Assembly (NCBI GenBank): GCA_043511425.1 | Contig: CP121331.1 | Location: 1,529,983-1,593,982, forward strand | Direction of reading: 5' to 3' | From: Sphingobacteriales bacterium | Lineage (GTDB): Bacteria > Bacteroidota > Bacteroidia > NS11-12g > UBA9320 | Length of the DNA stretch: 64,000 bases | Part shown: positions 29,379 through 39,685 of the stretch, one piece after another | Position numbering within the stretch: position 1 is the first letter of the stretch | Layout: the number at the start of each line of letters is the position of its first letter | Notes under the pieces: generated by a model | What the model was told of the DNA's origin: nothing | Seen by the model: only the letters and a program-made list of their open reading frames with translations | Database searches by the model: none | Position numbers and translations under genes: made by a program

Positions 29379-32300
29379 ATGAAAAGGTTTTTCACTATAC
29401 TTTACTTGCTATTAGCATGCGTGGCTTGTTTTGCACAGCAAGGCGGTATTTTGCTTGGATCTAAATTTATTCTCCAATCAGACAATGACAGTTCATGGCT
29501 AGAATCGCTTTTGGTTGGTAACTTAGGTGGACAAAGTGATGGAATTCCACTTACCAATTGTTTTGGAGAAACGTTATTTACTGCTGGCTATATTCTAAAT
29601 AATCGAAATCTTCAGAAGCCAGTAAATCAATATGAGTTCTATGACACTGTTTACAGAAAAAGCTGTCCAAATTATAACAGATCAAGACTCTTATCATCTT
29701 ACTCCTCACCTTTTAAGTCAAATCATGCAAACTCTATACTCCTACATCAGAAAAATGGAGATTCAATCGAGTTTTCGTTTGGCACTTGGATGGTAAGTAA
29801 TGACAGTACGATATGGACCAGACTGGACTGCACTTCCCAGTTTATTGACACTATATACAATCCATATAGTTATAAGGGAATTGAGCTTATCACTCATCAG
29901 CAATTCGTCTGGAATATCATTATGCATAATGGTCACTTTCTCGCACTCAAGAGTAGTGACACAGGAATAGTAGATTACAATCGGACATTTAAAAACGGCA
30001 CAAATCAGAATAGATTCTCGAATGGTATATTTAGTCAATTAAAAGCTAATAATACAGGAGATCAATTGGTGGCTATAGAGGATGATGGCAACTCTGTCGT
30101 AAACCTCTACCAGTTTGATAAAGTTACCGGTGCCGTTTCATTCGATAAATCACTGCTTCAAAAATCACAGTTGCCGAGTTATAATTTTTGCACTGGCTAC
30201 TATGAATCTGTGCTGGACGGAATAGCCTTCTCACAAAACGACTCTATCATTTACATCGGCTACACCTACTACCCTATATGTAATGATTATACGAGACGAA
30301 TCCGAACGATTTACCAAATAGACCGATTTCATCCGAACCCTTCTAGCACCCTAAAAAACGTGTTTACAAAATACTATACCAACCTTGATGGTTCAGGTTT
30401 AAGAACTAGTTTAAGTTTATTTACGGCTCGTGACGGCATAATATATTGGGGAGAGGGTCGAGACTCAGCATTTCATACCATAGAGAATGCAAATGTTTAT
30501 GGCAGTACAATCAATTACTTCAATAGATATACAGACAAAGATCAGATAAACAACCTCGGTATATCCACTTACCCCAGCACCTACAAGTGGACTGCTTTTG
30601 ATGCCTTCAATGGCTGTAGTGATAGTATGGTGGCAGTATTTTACGGCTCAGAAAATCTGCTCCAAGTCACCTACTTATGGGGCGATGGAGACAGCACGGT
30701 GTATGATAGCGGCACCATAGTCAATGGAGATCAAAGTCTGCATGTCTATGATAGCAGTGGCACCTACACCATCACCCAGCGTGCCTTATACAATGACTGC
30801 GGCTATACCAAAACATCACGAAAAGTAGTGAATGTGACCGTGCCACCCAGTAGCTCAGATTACACACTTGAAGCAGATACTAGCTGCACACAGCACACCA
30901 TATCACTACTAGACACTGTAGAACATACAGAGATGGTATGCGTAGACTGGGGAGATAGTGTAAAAGATACCATACTTTTAATTACCAAAGGATTAAACCC
31001 CATCAGCATATCGCACACCTACACTACACCAGATACTTTTATGCTGAGTTACAAACTGGTAGGATATGGCATCCCCAGTGAAGGAGTAGTAGGCTGTACA
31101 CGAGTATTAGATACTAACTATGTAGCTGCTTTTCACCCTACACCACAGCCAGCCTACACGTGGAGTACTAACTATATAAAAGATACCCCACTCAGTGACA
31201 CCGCTATACTCTGCGTATATGAAGGACTTACACTCAGCCAGACGAGTGATAGCTTTAGCTACTTTACCAGTACCCCCTCAGTATCTATGGATACTTCACT
31301 AGCAGATAAAATAGCACTCCAGCTGCCTAGCGGCTGGCACCAGACTATCTTAACATCCTACACTAAACACGGGTGCCAAGTATTTGACACATTCACAGTA
31401 GGCATAGCGCCTCGCACTTCTGCCTTATGGAAGGGAGATACCAATGTATGTGAAAATACCCCCACCACGCATGGTGTCAATGTATTTACCTTTTTAGGCG
31501 CCATAGATAGCGTGATATCATCTACTCCTATCATCTATAAGTCTACTGACAGTCTGCTATTAGCCTTAAACGGCAGTACAGTGTCTGCATACACCATTAC
31601 CACGACAGCTTTTACAAATACAGGATGTATAGACACTTTTAAACGAACGATACACGTACGTCCACTACCGAGCATCTCACTAACAGGGGATAGTGCTGCT
31701 TGTATAAATGCTTCGGTACCTTATACTCCTATAGTGACATCTGTGGACAGTAGTATAATAAACTGGTATGTGGATGGCACAAGTAAGCAGACCTCACCAC
31801 TACTGCCACAAAATGAGCATATAGACTATTTTACCAGTAGCAGCTTCCCAGTTCGTATGGAGGTAGTAGGATTGGTATCCACTATGTACGGGTGTGTAGG
31901 TTCCGATACCGCATATACGGACGTATTTTCGCCTCCTGACATAGTACTAAGTGTTACAGATATCGCTGCTTGCTTAAACGAGCAGCCCATTTCACTTACG
32001 TCTAATACATTACTATACGAATCCACTGATATCCTACATGCGTGGGGTGACGGAAGATACTCTAGTACCGTAAGCACTACGGATACCGTGGAGCAACACC
32101 AGCACAGATACGACGTAGACGGAAGTTATACGTTTACGAGCATAGCTCAAGGACAAGTCTCCAACTGCACAGACACTAGTTATGCTACCATCACTATACA
32201 TGCACTACCCGAGGTAAGCATAAGTGGAGATGATGCCTGTGAAGGGGATCAAGGAAGCGTAGTAACTACCTGGAGGTCAGACACTACACTGTCCGTTATT

Positions 32301-32984
32301 CAAACCTTTGCAGATAATCTTTTACTGAATACCATTACACAGCCGAGTGAGCAAGGTACATCTGGGGTCTACTACCTCCCATCAGCCACTAACACCACTC
32401 TACTCAGCATAGTCAGAGATACTCTGGGATGCTCGGACAGTAGTGAAATAACCACACGAACTCTGACTAAGCCGCTGGCCAATTATACCGTATCATATGT
32501 TGGTGCTGATGAGTTTAAGGTGTCTTATCTATTTGAAGACAAATCTGTGAATCACACCTCTGCAGAATTATATTACGGGGACGGATTCAGCGATGGCCTT
32601 TCTCCTAGCTTCACTCAGGAGCATACCTATGCAGATACGGGTACTTTTTCATCCTACCTTATCGTCAGCAATGAAGGATTGTGTCTTGATACCGCATATC
32701 AGAATGTACTTGCCCAGCCTTTTGTAGATTTTTATATCCCTACGTCCATCACGCCCAATGCTGATGGACTAAACGATTATCTTAGTTTTAGTACTACCTT
32801 TATACAGTCTTTTCAGATAAATTTATATAACAGATGGGGCGAAAATGTAATGCGGATAGGTGACGTATCAGAGCTTGTAAAAACCAGTGATCTGCCCATA
32901 GGTGTATACGCAGTATCTTATGGTATCATAGATATTTTCAACAATAAACACTACGTTCATCAGACACTTACGGTCCTAAAATAG
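29379..32984 (+). CDS. Giant (1201 aa) secreted adhesin-like protein with a T9SS type-B / gliding-motility-associated C-terminal domain (CHU_C).
   Basis: Signal peptide, then many Thr/Ser-rich Ig/PKD-like repeats, then the C-terminal motif ITPNADGLNDYL...NRWGENV, characteristic of TIGR04131. Confidence 0.7.
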   Translation: MKRFFTILYLLLACVACFAQQGGILLGSKFILQSDNDSSWLESLLVGNLGGQSDGIPLTNCFGETLFTAGYILNNRNLQKPVNQYEFYDTVYRKSCPNYNRSRLLSSYSSPFKSNHANSILLHQKNGDSIEFSFGTWMVSNDSTIWTRLDCTSQFIDTIYNPYSYKGIELITHQQFVWNIIMHNGHFLALKSSDTGIVDYNRTFKNGTNQNRFSNGIFSQLKANNTGDQLVAIEDDGNSVVNLYQFDKVTGAVSFDKSLLQKSQLPSYNFCTGYYESVLDGIAFSQNDSIIYIGYTYYPICNDYTRRIRTIYQIDRFHPNPSSTLKNVFTKYYTNLDGSGLRTSLSLFTARDGIIYWGEGRDSAFHTIENANVYGSTINYFNRYTDKDQINNLGISTYPSTYKWTAFDAFNGCSDSMVAVFYGSENLLQVTYLWGDGDSTVYDSGTIVNGDQSLHVYDSSGTYTITQRALYNDCGYTKTSRKVVNVTVPPSSSDYTLEADTSCTQHTISLLDTVEHTEMVCVDWGDSVKDTILLITKGLNPISISHTYTTPDTFMLSYKLVGYGIPSEGVVGCTRVLDTNYVAAFHPTPQPAYTWSTNYIKDTPLSDTAILCVYEGLTLSQTSDSFSYFTSTPSVSMDTSLADKIALQLPSGWHQTILTSYTKHGCQVFDTFTVGIAPRTSALWKGDTNVCENTPTTHGVNVFTFLGAIDSVISSTPIIYKSTDSLLLALNGSTVSAYTITTTAFTNTGCIDTFKRTIHVRPLPSISLTGDSAACINASVPYTPIVTSVDSSIINWYVDGTSKQTSPLLPQNEHIDYFTSSSFPVRMEVVGLVSTMYGCVGSDTAYTDVFSPPDIVLSVTDIAACLNEQPISLTSNTLLYESTDILHAWGDGRYSSTVSTTDTVEQHQHRYDVDGSYTFTSIAQGQVSNCTDTSYATITIHALPEVSISGDDACEGDQGSVVTTWRSDTTLSVIQTFADNLLLNTITQPSEQGTSGVYYLPSATNTTLLSIVRDTLGCSDSSEITTRTLTKPLANYTVSYVGADEFKVSYLFEDKSVNHTSAELYYGDGFSDGLSPSFTQEHTYADTGTFSSYLIVSNEGLCLDTAYQNVLAQPFVDFYIPTSITPNADGLNDYLSFSTTFIQSFQINLYNRWGENVMRIGDVSELVKTSDLPIGVYAVSYGIIDIFNNKHYVHQTLTVLK

Positions 32985-35975
32985 TTTCAATTGTTTTTTA
33001 ATCTTAGTAGGCTTCAGGTTATTAAGATCTAGTACAAAGGTGATTCGCTCACCGAAATTATCTATTCCAATAAATCCATTCTCTTGGTAATCCGAAACGT
33101 CGGAGCTTTGAGCTAGATTCAAGAAGACTTCTAGCCTATCTGGTATCAACTCTACCTCAATCCCAACAGTGTAAAAGAAACTACTCCCTTCCGCATTAAA
33201 AGGAACATCCTTGATATCATTGAACGTAAGAATCTCTAGATACGGCTTAAAAGGTAGCTTTCCTGGAAGTGGCATTGTCACATTAGCAGTAAGCATCCAC
33301 TGATCTGCTGATGCAATAGGCCCTACAAACTTGGAGAAGTCTCTACGATTACTGATCTGATTTCGAAATAGTCCATAATCCGCATTACGGTGCATGAGGT
33401 AATCGTCAAATCTATAGTCATAGTATCCAGCCCTATTTGCACTTCCTACACTATTTTGATATTGAGTACTTTTATATTCTTGAAGCAGATACGCCCCGTA
33501 AAAACGTAATTCTAGCGGCTTATCTTGTATGCCAATATCCAGATTAAACTTAAACACACCACTTACTCTAGCAAAGCTTTCTTGCTCTTTTTCTTCCCCA
33601 ATATTTGGGAAATAGCGAATAGTATCTTGCTCATTCGTCACAGTATCTGTCCGAATAAAGCGAATTTGAGGATTAGACAAGTCACCTAATACCACTTTGT
33701 TGGTCACCTGACCGTACTCTAGCATTCCCTCAAAACTGTAGCTGTTTAGGGCTCGCTTATTCTGAAAACTATAGGTAGCTGTAGCAAAACTCCTAGAGTT
33801 ACTTCTACTCGCACGAGGACCGGATAGGGCATCATCGTTTATTTCAAACTGTGGAGATAAGAGTATATGGTCCACCTGCAAACGAATACTTTTCTCAATA
33901 GTACTTCGTTGTGTCTTTTCAGGTAGATGATACTCTATGTATGGCGCTATCTTCAGATACTTATACTCCTGACCCACATTCCTTTCCTGAAAACTAAAAC
34001 TCATAGCATCCACTCCCAATTCTAGGTAATTTGCAGTATCAGATAGTGGGAGTGTGTAGTTCACCCCCGCAGTACCATTGACAGTCTTCTTCTCAAAAGA
34101 ATACATAGGAAGGACATGGTACTGAAATCTCTTATTACTCAGAGCGTAATTATGTATCCCCACTCCGAGCATCGTTTTATCGTAGGCATTCCATCCTAGC
34201 GTAGGTAACCAGTATACCTCACGAACTCCCGCTTTATCTCTTCCCGTGGCAAACTTTAATTTATGCGGGGGCTTAGCATAATTATTATCTGTAAATAAAT
34301 CTAACGTTTTTGAGTTGTCATCTATGACCGCTAGTCTCACTGAACTGTCTGTGGGGATCACCATTTTTTCTCCTGGATTTACGTTGAACCATATAACGTT
34401 CGTAGTTTTATCCTTGGTAAACGCCACAGGTACTGGTGCATTTATCACACCTACGTTAGACAGTTCATATCCATTTTTATGCTTTTTTATTCGGTAGTCT
34501 AAGGTACCGGTCCCCTTAAGAACCTCATCAAAAAACCAAGACAAGTCTTCTCCGCTACTAGCTTCAAAACTGCGTTTCATATCATCAGGCAAAGGATGCT
34601 TAAACTTCCATGTATCAAGATAAGTGCGCATGAACTCTCTGAATAAATCTTCACTTAAATACGCTTTGAGATATCCAAAAGACTTAGCTCCTAGTCCATA
34701 TACACTTAGTCCGTAGTTAGCTCCAGTAAGCTCTTCTGATGTAGATGCTATAGGTTGGTAGGTATTTGTCAGGTAATTATCTCTTACAAACGCCATCATT
34801 ATAGTCGTATTAAGATCTCCTAGTCCAGGCTGCTTATTCTGAGCCATGGCCTCTCCCTCGTAGTAGCTATTAATGGACTCATCCATCCATGGATACGTAC
34901 GCTCATTATTCGCCAGTATCCCATAAAACCAATTGTGCCCAACCTCATGCACGATCACTTCTTCACTCATAAAATCACATAAGGTGATCATAGGATACTC
35001 CATACCTCCTCCCGCTTTGAGTTCTCCATGGACCACTGTAGCGTGACTGTAGGGATACGTACCCACATTATCGGAGTAATACTGTATCGTTGTTTCTATA
35101 TGATCTAAATCCTTCTTGTCTGGCTCAGTAGCTACTACGCGCGCAAGCACCTTGGTAGTACCTAAATCTATCTCTTTAGTCACATACCCCCACTGCTTAC
35201 TTGCAAACCATGCAAAATCATGCACATCAGCCGCTTCAAACCGAACCGTCTTAGCACTCAGTGCGCTTACGGGCACTGTATCTATGGCATTTTTCGTAGT
35301 CGTGAGTTCATCTGCGTTCATGCATTCTCCAGTAGCCACGAGAGTATAGTTGCTAGGCAGTGTCACAGCTACTTTAAACGAGCCAAACTCAGAATAAAAT
35401 TCTCCTTGATTTAGGTATGGCATCGAATTCCATCCATTGACATCATACACTGCTGGTTTGGGGTACCACTGGGTGATAAAATAGTTTTGTCCCTCATGCC
35501 CCAGTCGTGAAAAAACCTTGGGTACTTTGACTGTAAAGGTAGTAAACAGCGTCCGTTTCTCTCCGCTGGTCAGCGGCTCATTGAACTTCACTTTTAGTAC
35601 ATCTATATGTGCAGTAGGTTCGGTGGCTAGCGCATTACCGTTCGCTGTAAAAGCGATGCCTGATATTTCGCCTCGCTCGTCTTCCGTCGCATAGTAAAAC
35701 TCCGTTTCTCCGTTCTCAAGCATTTGCTTAGCAAACGCTGTCTCGTTGTTTTTATACGCATTCGGCCACAGATGAATATACATTTCTTGAAGGACATCAG
35801 GACTATTATTGGTATAGGTAATGGCTATATCGCCTGTAAGCTCGTGTTTCTCATCATCTAAGGTAACGTCTATGACGTAATCTACTTGCTGCTGCCAAGA
35901 GGCTTGCTGAGTATACTGAGCCAAAGAAGTAAACTGAAGAAGAACCGCTACTAAAATTATACCGTACTTATGCAT
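32976..35975 (-). CDS. M1-family zinc metallopeptidase (aminopeptidase N-like), secreted, 999 aa.
   Basis: GGMEYP (GAMEN-type) exopeptidase motif, and HEVGHNWFYGILANNERTYPWMDE giving HExxH-x18-E. Signal peptide present. Confidence 0.75.
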   Translation of the reverse strand: MHKYGIILVAVLLQFTSLAQYTQQASWQQQVDYVIDVTLDDEKHELTGDIAITYTNNSPDVLQEMYIHLWPNAYKNNETAFAKQMLENGETEFYYATEDERGEISGIAFTANGNALATEPTAHIDVLKVKFNEPLTSGEKRTLFTTFTVKVPKVFSRLGHEGQNYFITQWYPKPAVYDVNGWNSMPYLNQGEFYSEFGSFKVAVTLPSNYTLVATGECMNADELTTTKNAIDTVPVSALSAKTVRFEAADVHDFAWFASKQWGYVTKEIDLGTTKVLARVVATEPDKKDLDHIETTIQYYSDNVGTYPYSHATVVHGELKAGGGMEYPMITLCDFMSEEVIVHEVGHNWFYGILANNERTYPWMDESINSYYEGEAMAQNKQPGLGDLNTTIMMAFVRDNYLTNTYQPIASTSEELTGANYGLSVYGLGAKSFGYLKAYLSEDLFREFMRTYLDTWKFKHPLPDDMKRSFEASSGEDLSWFFDEVLKGTGTLDYRIKKHKNGYELSNVGVINAPVPVAFTKDKTTNVIWFNVNPGEKMVIPTDSSVRLAVIDDNSKTLDLFTDNNYAKPPHKLKFATGRDKAGVREVYWLPTLGWNAYDKTMLGVGIHNYALSNKRFQYHVLPMYSFEKKTVNGTAGVNYTLPLSDTANYLELGVDAMSFSFQERNVGQEYKYLKIAPYIEYHLPEKTQRSTIEKSIRLQVDHILLSPQFEINDDALSGPRASRSNSRSFATATYSFQNKRALNSYSFEGMLEYGQVTNKVVLGDLSNPQIRFIRTDTVTNEQDTIRYFPNIGEEKEQESFARVSGVFKFNLDIGIQDKPLELRFYGAYLLQEYKSTQYQNSVGSANRAGYYDYRFDDYLMHRNADYGLFRNQISNRRDFSKFVGPIASADQWMLTANVTMPLPGKLPFKPYLEILTFNDIKDVPFNAEGSSFFYTVGIEVELIPDRLEVFLNLAQSSDVSDYQENGFIGIDNFGERITFVLDLNNLKPTKIKKQLKLF

Positions 35976-36051
35976 TCTTTTGAAGATATTATGTTGGCAA
36001 AATAAGGGTATATAACGTACTTTGCATCATATTAAACTGTCAAGTATTGCG

Positions 36052-36059
36052 TAGTTTTG
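36052..36059 (+). promoter_or_regulatory. -7 box TAGTTTTG (TAnnTTTG) 18 nt upstream of the TPR gene start.
   Basis: Consensus match only. Confidence 0.3.
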
Positions 36060-36076
36060 GATAAAGAGGAAAGGAT

Positions 36077-37477
36077 ATGATGGAAAACAGTGATTTTTTA
36101 GATGAGGGGATGGAGGAAAGAGCACAAAACTTTGAGCGAATGCTCGAGAGTGGAGAGTCGTTTTTTTACGACAATGACGAACTGGGACAACTTATTGATT
36201 ACTATCTTGATTACGAACAGATAAATAAGGCCACTAAAGCTATTGCCTATGGAGAATCTATCTACCCTTTCGAAAGTTTTTATCAAATTAAAAAAGCAGA
36301 AGTATTCATCGCCCAGCGAAACATCAATGGCGCTATAAAGCTCCTTGAGAAATACCGTACCATTGAACCACAAAATCCGGAGATAGCACAGCTGCTAGGA
36401 GACTGCTATGCGCTCAGTCTTCAATACAAACGAGCATTAGATTGCTACCTTTTTGCGCTTAATTTTGACAGCACCAACGATGAGCTACTGCTCAGACTTG
36501 CACGTGTAAACTTTGCTCAGGGAAATAACAATAAGGCACTCTCTTATCTGAATGCATTCCCGAGTGATTACATGTATGACGAACTCAGTGTACAGGAATT
36601 TCTAAAGTTATTCCTCGACTACGGTCAGCATACAGAAGCAGTCACTTTCTTACACAAGATAATAGACAACGATCCATATAACTATAGCGCATGGTACTTC
36701 CTAGGGCTGGTTCACCAAAAAGAAGAAAACTACGAAGAGGGCATATCTGCCTATGAGTTTTGTATCGCTATAGACGAAGAGAATACCATGGGTCACCTCG
36801 GTAAAGGCAACTGCCTTATGGAACTGGATAGAAACGAAGAAGCTATAGCCTCTTTCAAGTTATCCTTAGACAATGATGAGTCTGACGCTGAAGTATTTTG
36901 CAACATAGCCGAGTGCTACGAAAATCTAAAAGATGATGCAGCGGCCAAGTACAACTACCAAAAATCCATACGTCTTAATCCAAACTTGTCTGACGCCTAC
37001 TTCGGGCTTGCTACGGTTTATAAACGCGGTGCAAAATTACGCGAAGCAGAAAGAAATCTCTTGAAAGCAATTGATATAGACCGATACGAGAGCATGTATC
37101 ACATAGAGCTTGCAGAAGTATACCTCATCAATGAAAACAGTGAACGCTGTTACTACCACTACGAACAAGCGTATGAAATAGACTCGGATACCACGGAGAT
37201 TATACTTGATTTTGCCCACGCAAAGTTTGAGCTAGGTGATATAGAGGACGCCCTAGCGCTTCTTCTCGAGCACCTCGAAAATCACGATGAGGACCACCGG
37301 ATGTATTACCGTATAGCCTCCTACTCATTTGTTTTAGGTCGCTTTGAGAAAGGGTATAACTTCTTACATGCTGCACTTAAGATGAACCCAAAGGAGTACA
37401 TGCTACTGTATGAGTTTGCTCCTTTAACAGAAAACCTTGATAATGTCACAAATATTATAGATTTGTACTTGAAATAA
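36077..37477 (+). CDS. Tetratricopeptide-repeat protein.
   Basis: Multiple TPR-like helical hairpins (AxxxY/LG...P periodicity). No enzymatic motif. Confidence 0.55.
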   Translation: MMENSDFLDEGMEERAQNFERMLESGESFFYDNDELGQLIDYYLDYEQINKATKAIAYGESIYPFESFYQIKKAEVFIAQRNINGAIKLLEKYRTIEPQNPEIAQLLGDCYALSLQYKRALDCYLFALNFDSTNDELLLRLARVNFAQGNNNKALSYLNAFPSDYMYDELSVQEFLKLFLDYGQHTEAVTFLHKIIDNDPYNYSAWYFLGLVHQKEENYEEGISAYEFCIAIDEENTMGHLGKGNCLMELDRNEEAIASFKLSLDNDESDAEVFCNIAECYENLKDDAAAKYNYQKSIRLNPNLSDAYFGLATVYKRGAKLREAERNLLKAIDIDRYESMYHIELAEVYLINENSERCYYHYEQAYEIDSDTTEIILDFAHAKFELGDIEDALALLLEHLENHDEDHRMYYRIASYSFVLGRFEKGYNFLHAALKMNPKEYMLLYEFAPLTENLDNVTNIIDLYLK

Positions 37478-37481
37478 AACA

Positions 37482-38120
37482 ATGATAAATCCAGATTTTA
37501 AACTGAAAAATATTCCTGAGCGTACTGTAAAGCCAAGACAATCTGGCTTAACTATGGTAATGGACAAAGGATTAAGCTGCAGAGAAGTAGAAGATTTCTT
37601 AGAAGTATCCGCAGATAAAACTGATATCGTAAAGCTAGGCTTTGGTACGAGTACTGTTACTCCTAACTTAGATCGCAAAATAAAAATATATCAAGAAGCT
37701 AATATCCCCATTTACTTTGGAGGAACGCTTTTTGAAGCTTACGTAATTAGAGGTCAATTTGATGATTATAAAAAGCTACTGGACCGCTTTAATGTGAGTC
37801 ACGTAGAAGTCTCTGACGGAAGTATTGAAATATCGGAAGAAGAAAAGTGCGGCTACATCCGCTCACTCGCTAAAAACTTCACAGTGCTTAGCGAAGTCGG
37901 AAGTAAAGATGCCGAAAAGATCATACCACCGTACAAATGGATCGCTATGATGAAGGCAGAAATAGAAGCAGGTGCTTGGAAAGTAATCGCTGAAGCCAGA
38001 GAAAGCGGCACCGTAGGTATCTTTAGAAACTCCGGCGAAGTACGCTCAGGACTCATAGAGGAAATACTCCAACACATTCCACTAGAGACTATACTATGGG
38101 AAGCACCTCAAAAAGTATAG
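37482..38120 (+). CDS. (2R)-phospho-3-sulfolactate synthase (ComA) family protein.
   Basis: 212 aa with the ComA-family TIM-barrel signature regions (GLTMVMDKG, VKLGFGTS, YFGGTLFE). Confidence 0.65.
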   Translation: MINPDFKLKNIPERTVKPRQSGLTMVMDKGLSCREVEDFLEVSADKTDIVKLGFGTSTVTPNLDRKIKIYQEANIPIYFGGTLFEAYVIRGQFDDYKKLLDRFNVSHVEVSDGSIEISEEEKCGYIRSLAKNFTVLSEVGSKDAEKIIPPYKWIAMMKAEIEAGAWKVIAEARESGTVGIFRNSGEVRSGLIEEILQHIPLETILWEAPQKV

Positions 38121-38271
38121 CAAGTATGGTTTATGAGTCTATACGGTCACAATGTAAACCTAGGAAACATAGCTCCTAACGAGGTAATTCCTTTAGAGAC
38201 ACTAAGGTTAGGTCTGCGTGGAGACACCTTTAGTACATGGCTATAACCCAGCTATAACTCAAAAAAAATCT

Positions 38272-38307
38272 AAAAAGCCCCAGAATAGATTATTCTGGGG
38301 CTTTTTT
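38272..38307. terminator. Bidirectional rho-independent terminator.
   Basis: A5, then a 10-bp perfect stem GCCCCAGAAT/ATTCTGGGGC with a 5-nt loop, then T6. It lies between convergent genes. Confidence 0.85.
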
Positions 38308-38328
38308 ATGTTCATTCAGATGAGACTA

Positions 38329-38745
38329 TTAATCTTCTACTATTTCTCTTCGTATGAGTGTAATATCCAACGGTGTCTTGCCGTCGTCCTCTGCTGGACC
38401 TTGATATCCTAAGGTAACAATGTAAGTACCACTCGCAGGCACTCTGAAACTTAGTTGCTCTGTGCGTTCATCATCTCCTGCTATGGGTTTCATCTGTATA
38501 TCATACACCTTAACAAAGGTTTCTATATTAGACTCAGAAATATCTATGTTAAATATGTAGTCAAACCCTTTCTCCGCAGGAAACTCATATTGATAAACGT
38601 TTTTTTCTTGAAGTTCTATAACCTGACTACGTACGAACTTCCATTGTACTGAAGGATTAATCTCTACCACTTGGGCTACTGCTGACTGAACAGTTAGCAG
38701 ACCTATAAGTACAAGTACTCCCTTAAATAACTTCTTCATTTTCAT
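38329..38745 (-). CDS. Hypothetical secreted protein (138 aa).
   Basis: Signal peptide MKMKKLFKGVLVLIGLLTVQSAVAQ. No known domain. Confidence 0.4.
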   Translation of the reverse strand: MKMKKLFKGVLVLIGLLTVQSAVAQVVEINPSVQWKFVRSQVIELQEKNVYQYEFPAEKGFDYIFNIDISESNIETFVKVYDIQMKPIAGDDERTEQLSFRVPASGTYIVTLGYQGPAEDDGKTPLDITLIRREIVED

Positions 38746-38911
38746 CTTTACGTTCTTCGCTCAATCCTTTTTCTTTTAGACGGGTAAGCTGCTCCAAGCG
38801 TTGCCTAAAATCTTCACAAATTGAAAAAATATTGTACACGTGCTTATTTACCAGTATATCTTTATGTTTCATTCTCGTTCCTATTAACTCTGCCTAAGAT
38901 ACGAAAAAAAG

Positions 38912-39685
38912 CTAAGAATGGTGTCTATTTTTGATGTATTCAGATAACTTAGAATAGAGGCTGTGGAGCTCTTCATTATCTAGCATCTCTAAATGTTTAT
39001 CTATCACTGCATTATCGCCACGCATAGCTGGACCAGTCTGCCACATAGCAGGCTCACCTTTTTTTAACCTAAGCGCAGTCTCCTGTATAATCGGGAGTAA
39101 ATTATCAAACTCCAAGCCTTGCTTTACTAAATAGTCGCTTGCAATGGTATACATAGCGTTCGTGAAATTATTAGCAAACACGGCCGCTAAGTGATATTCC
39201 TTACGTTGAGTGGAGTTTACCTCCCTTACCCGATTACTGATAGAGTCTGCCAAGTCGTGTAGCTTAGACTTTACGCTATCGTTACTCCATTCTATAAATA
39301 ATGGCACCTCCAATATATCTTTCACCTCTTCCTTACGAAGACTTTGTAAAGGATAAAGCACACCATAATTGCTGGAGTATTTAGCCAATATATCCATCGA
39401 TACCGGCCCTGAGGTATGACATACTATTGCATTCATTCCTCCGGGGACATCTTCTAAAATTTCATAATACGATTCGTCACTGACACACAGAATTACAAAA
39501 TCCGAATCTTTGTACATCTCACTCGGTGTATCACCGTAGTATGCACCGAATTTGCTTGCTAGCTCTTTGGCATTAGCTACATTTCTACTAATCACCTGAT
39601 TGATACTGTGCCCTGCCTTGTCCAGTGCGTGTGCTAAATTAGTGGCTACATTTCCACTTCCTATGAAGGTAATCTTAAACCGCAT
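38912..39685 (-). CDS. Rossmann-fold NAD(P)-binding protein, DUF2520 / F420-dependent-oxidoreductase-like.
   Basis: N-terminal ITFIGSGNVATNLAHAL dinucleotide-binding motif. 257 aa. Confidence 0.55.
   Translation of the reverse strand: MRFKITFIGSGNVATNLAHALDKAGHSINQVISRNVANAKELASKFGAYYGDTPSEMYKDSDFVILCVSDESYYEILEDVPGGMNAIVCHTSGPVSMDILAKYSSNYGVLYPLQSLRKEEVKDILEVPLFIEWSNDSVKSKLHDLADSISNRVREVNSTQRKEYHLAAVFANNFTNAMYTIASDYLVKQGLEFDNLLPIIQETALRLKKGEPAMWQTGPAMRGDNAVIDKHLEMLDNEELHSLYSKLSEYIKNRHHS

Noticed and set aside
38120-38277. Possible riboswitch or sRNA in the 158-nt spacer downstream of the ComA gene
   Set aside because: I could identify no conserved riboswitch motif. The spacer lies 3' of both flanking genes, and a clear terminator immediately follows. 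There is insufficient evidence.
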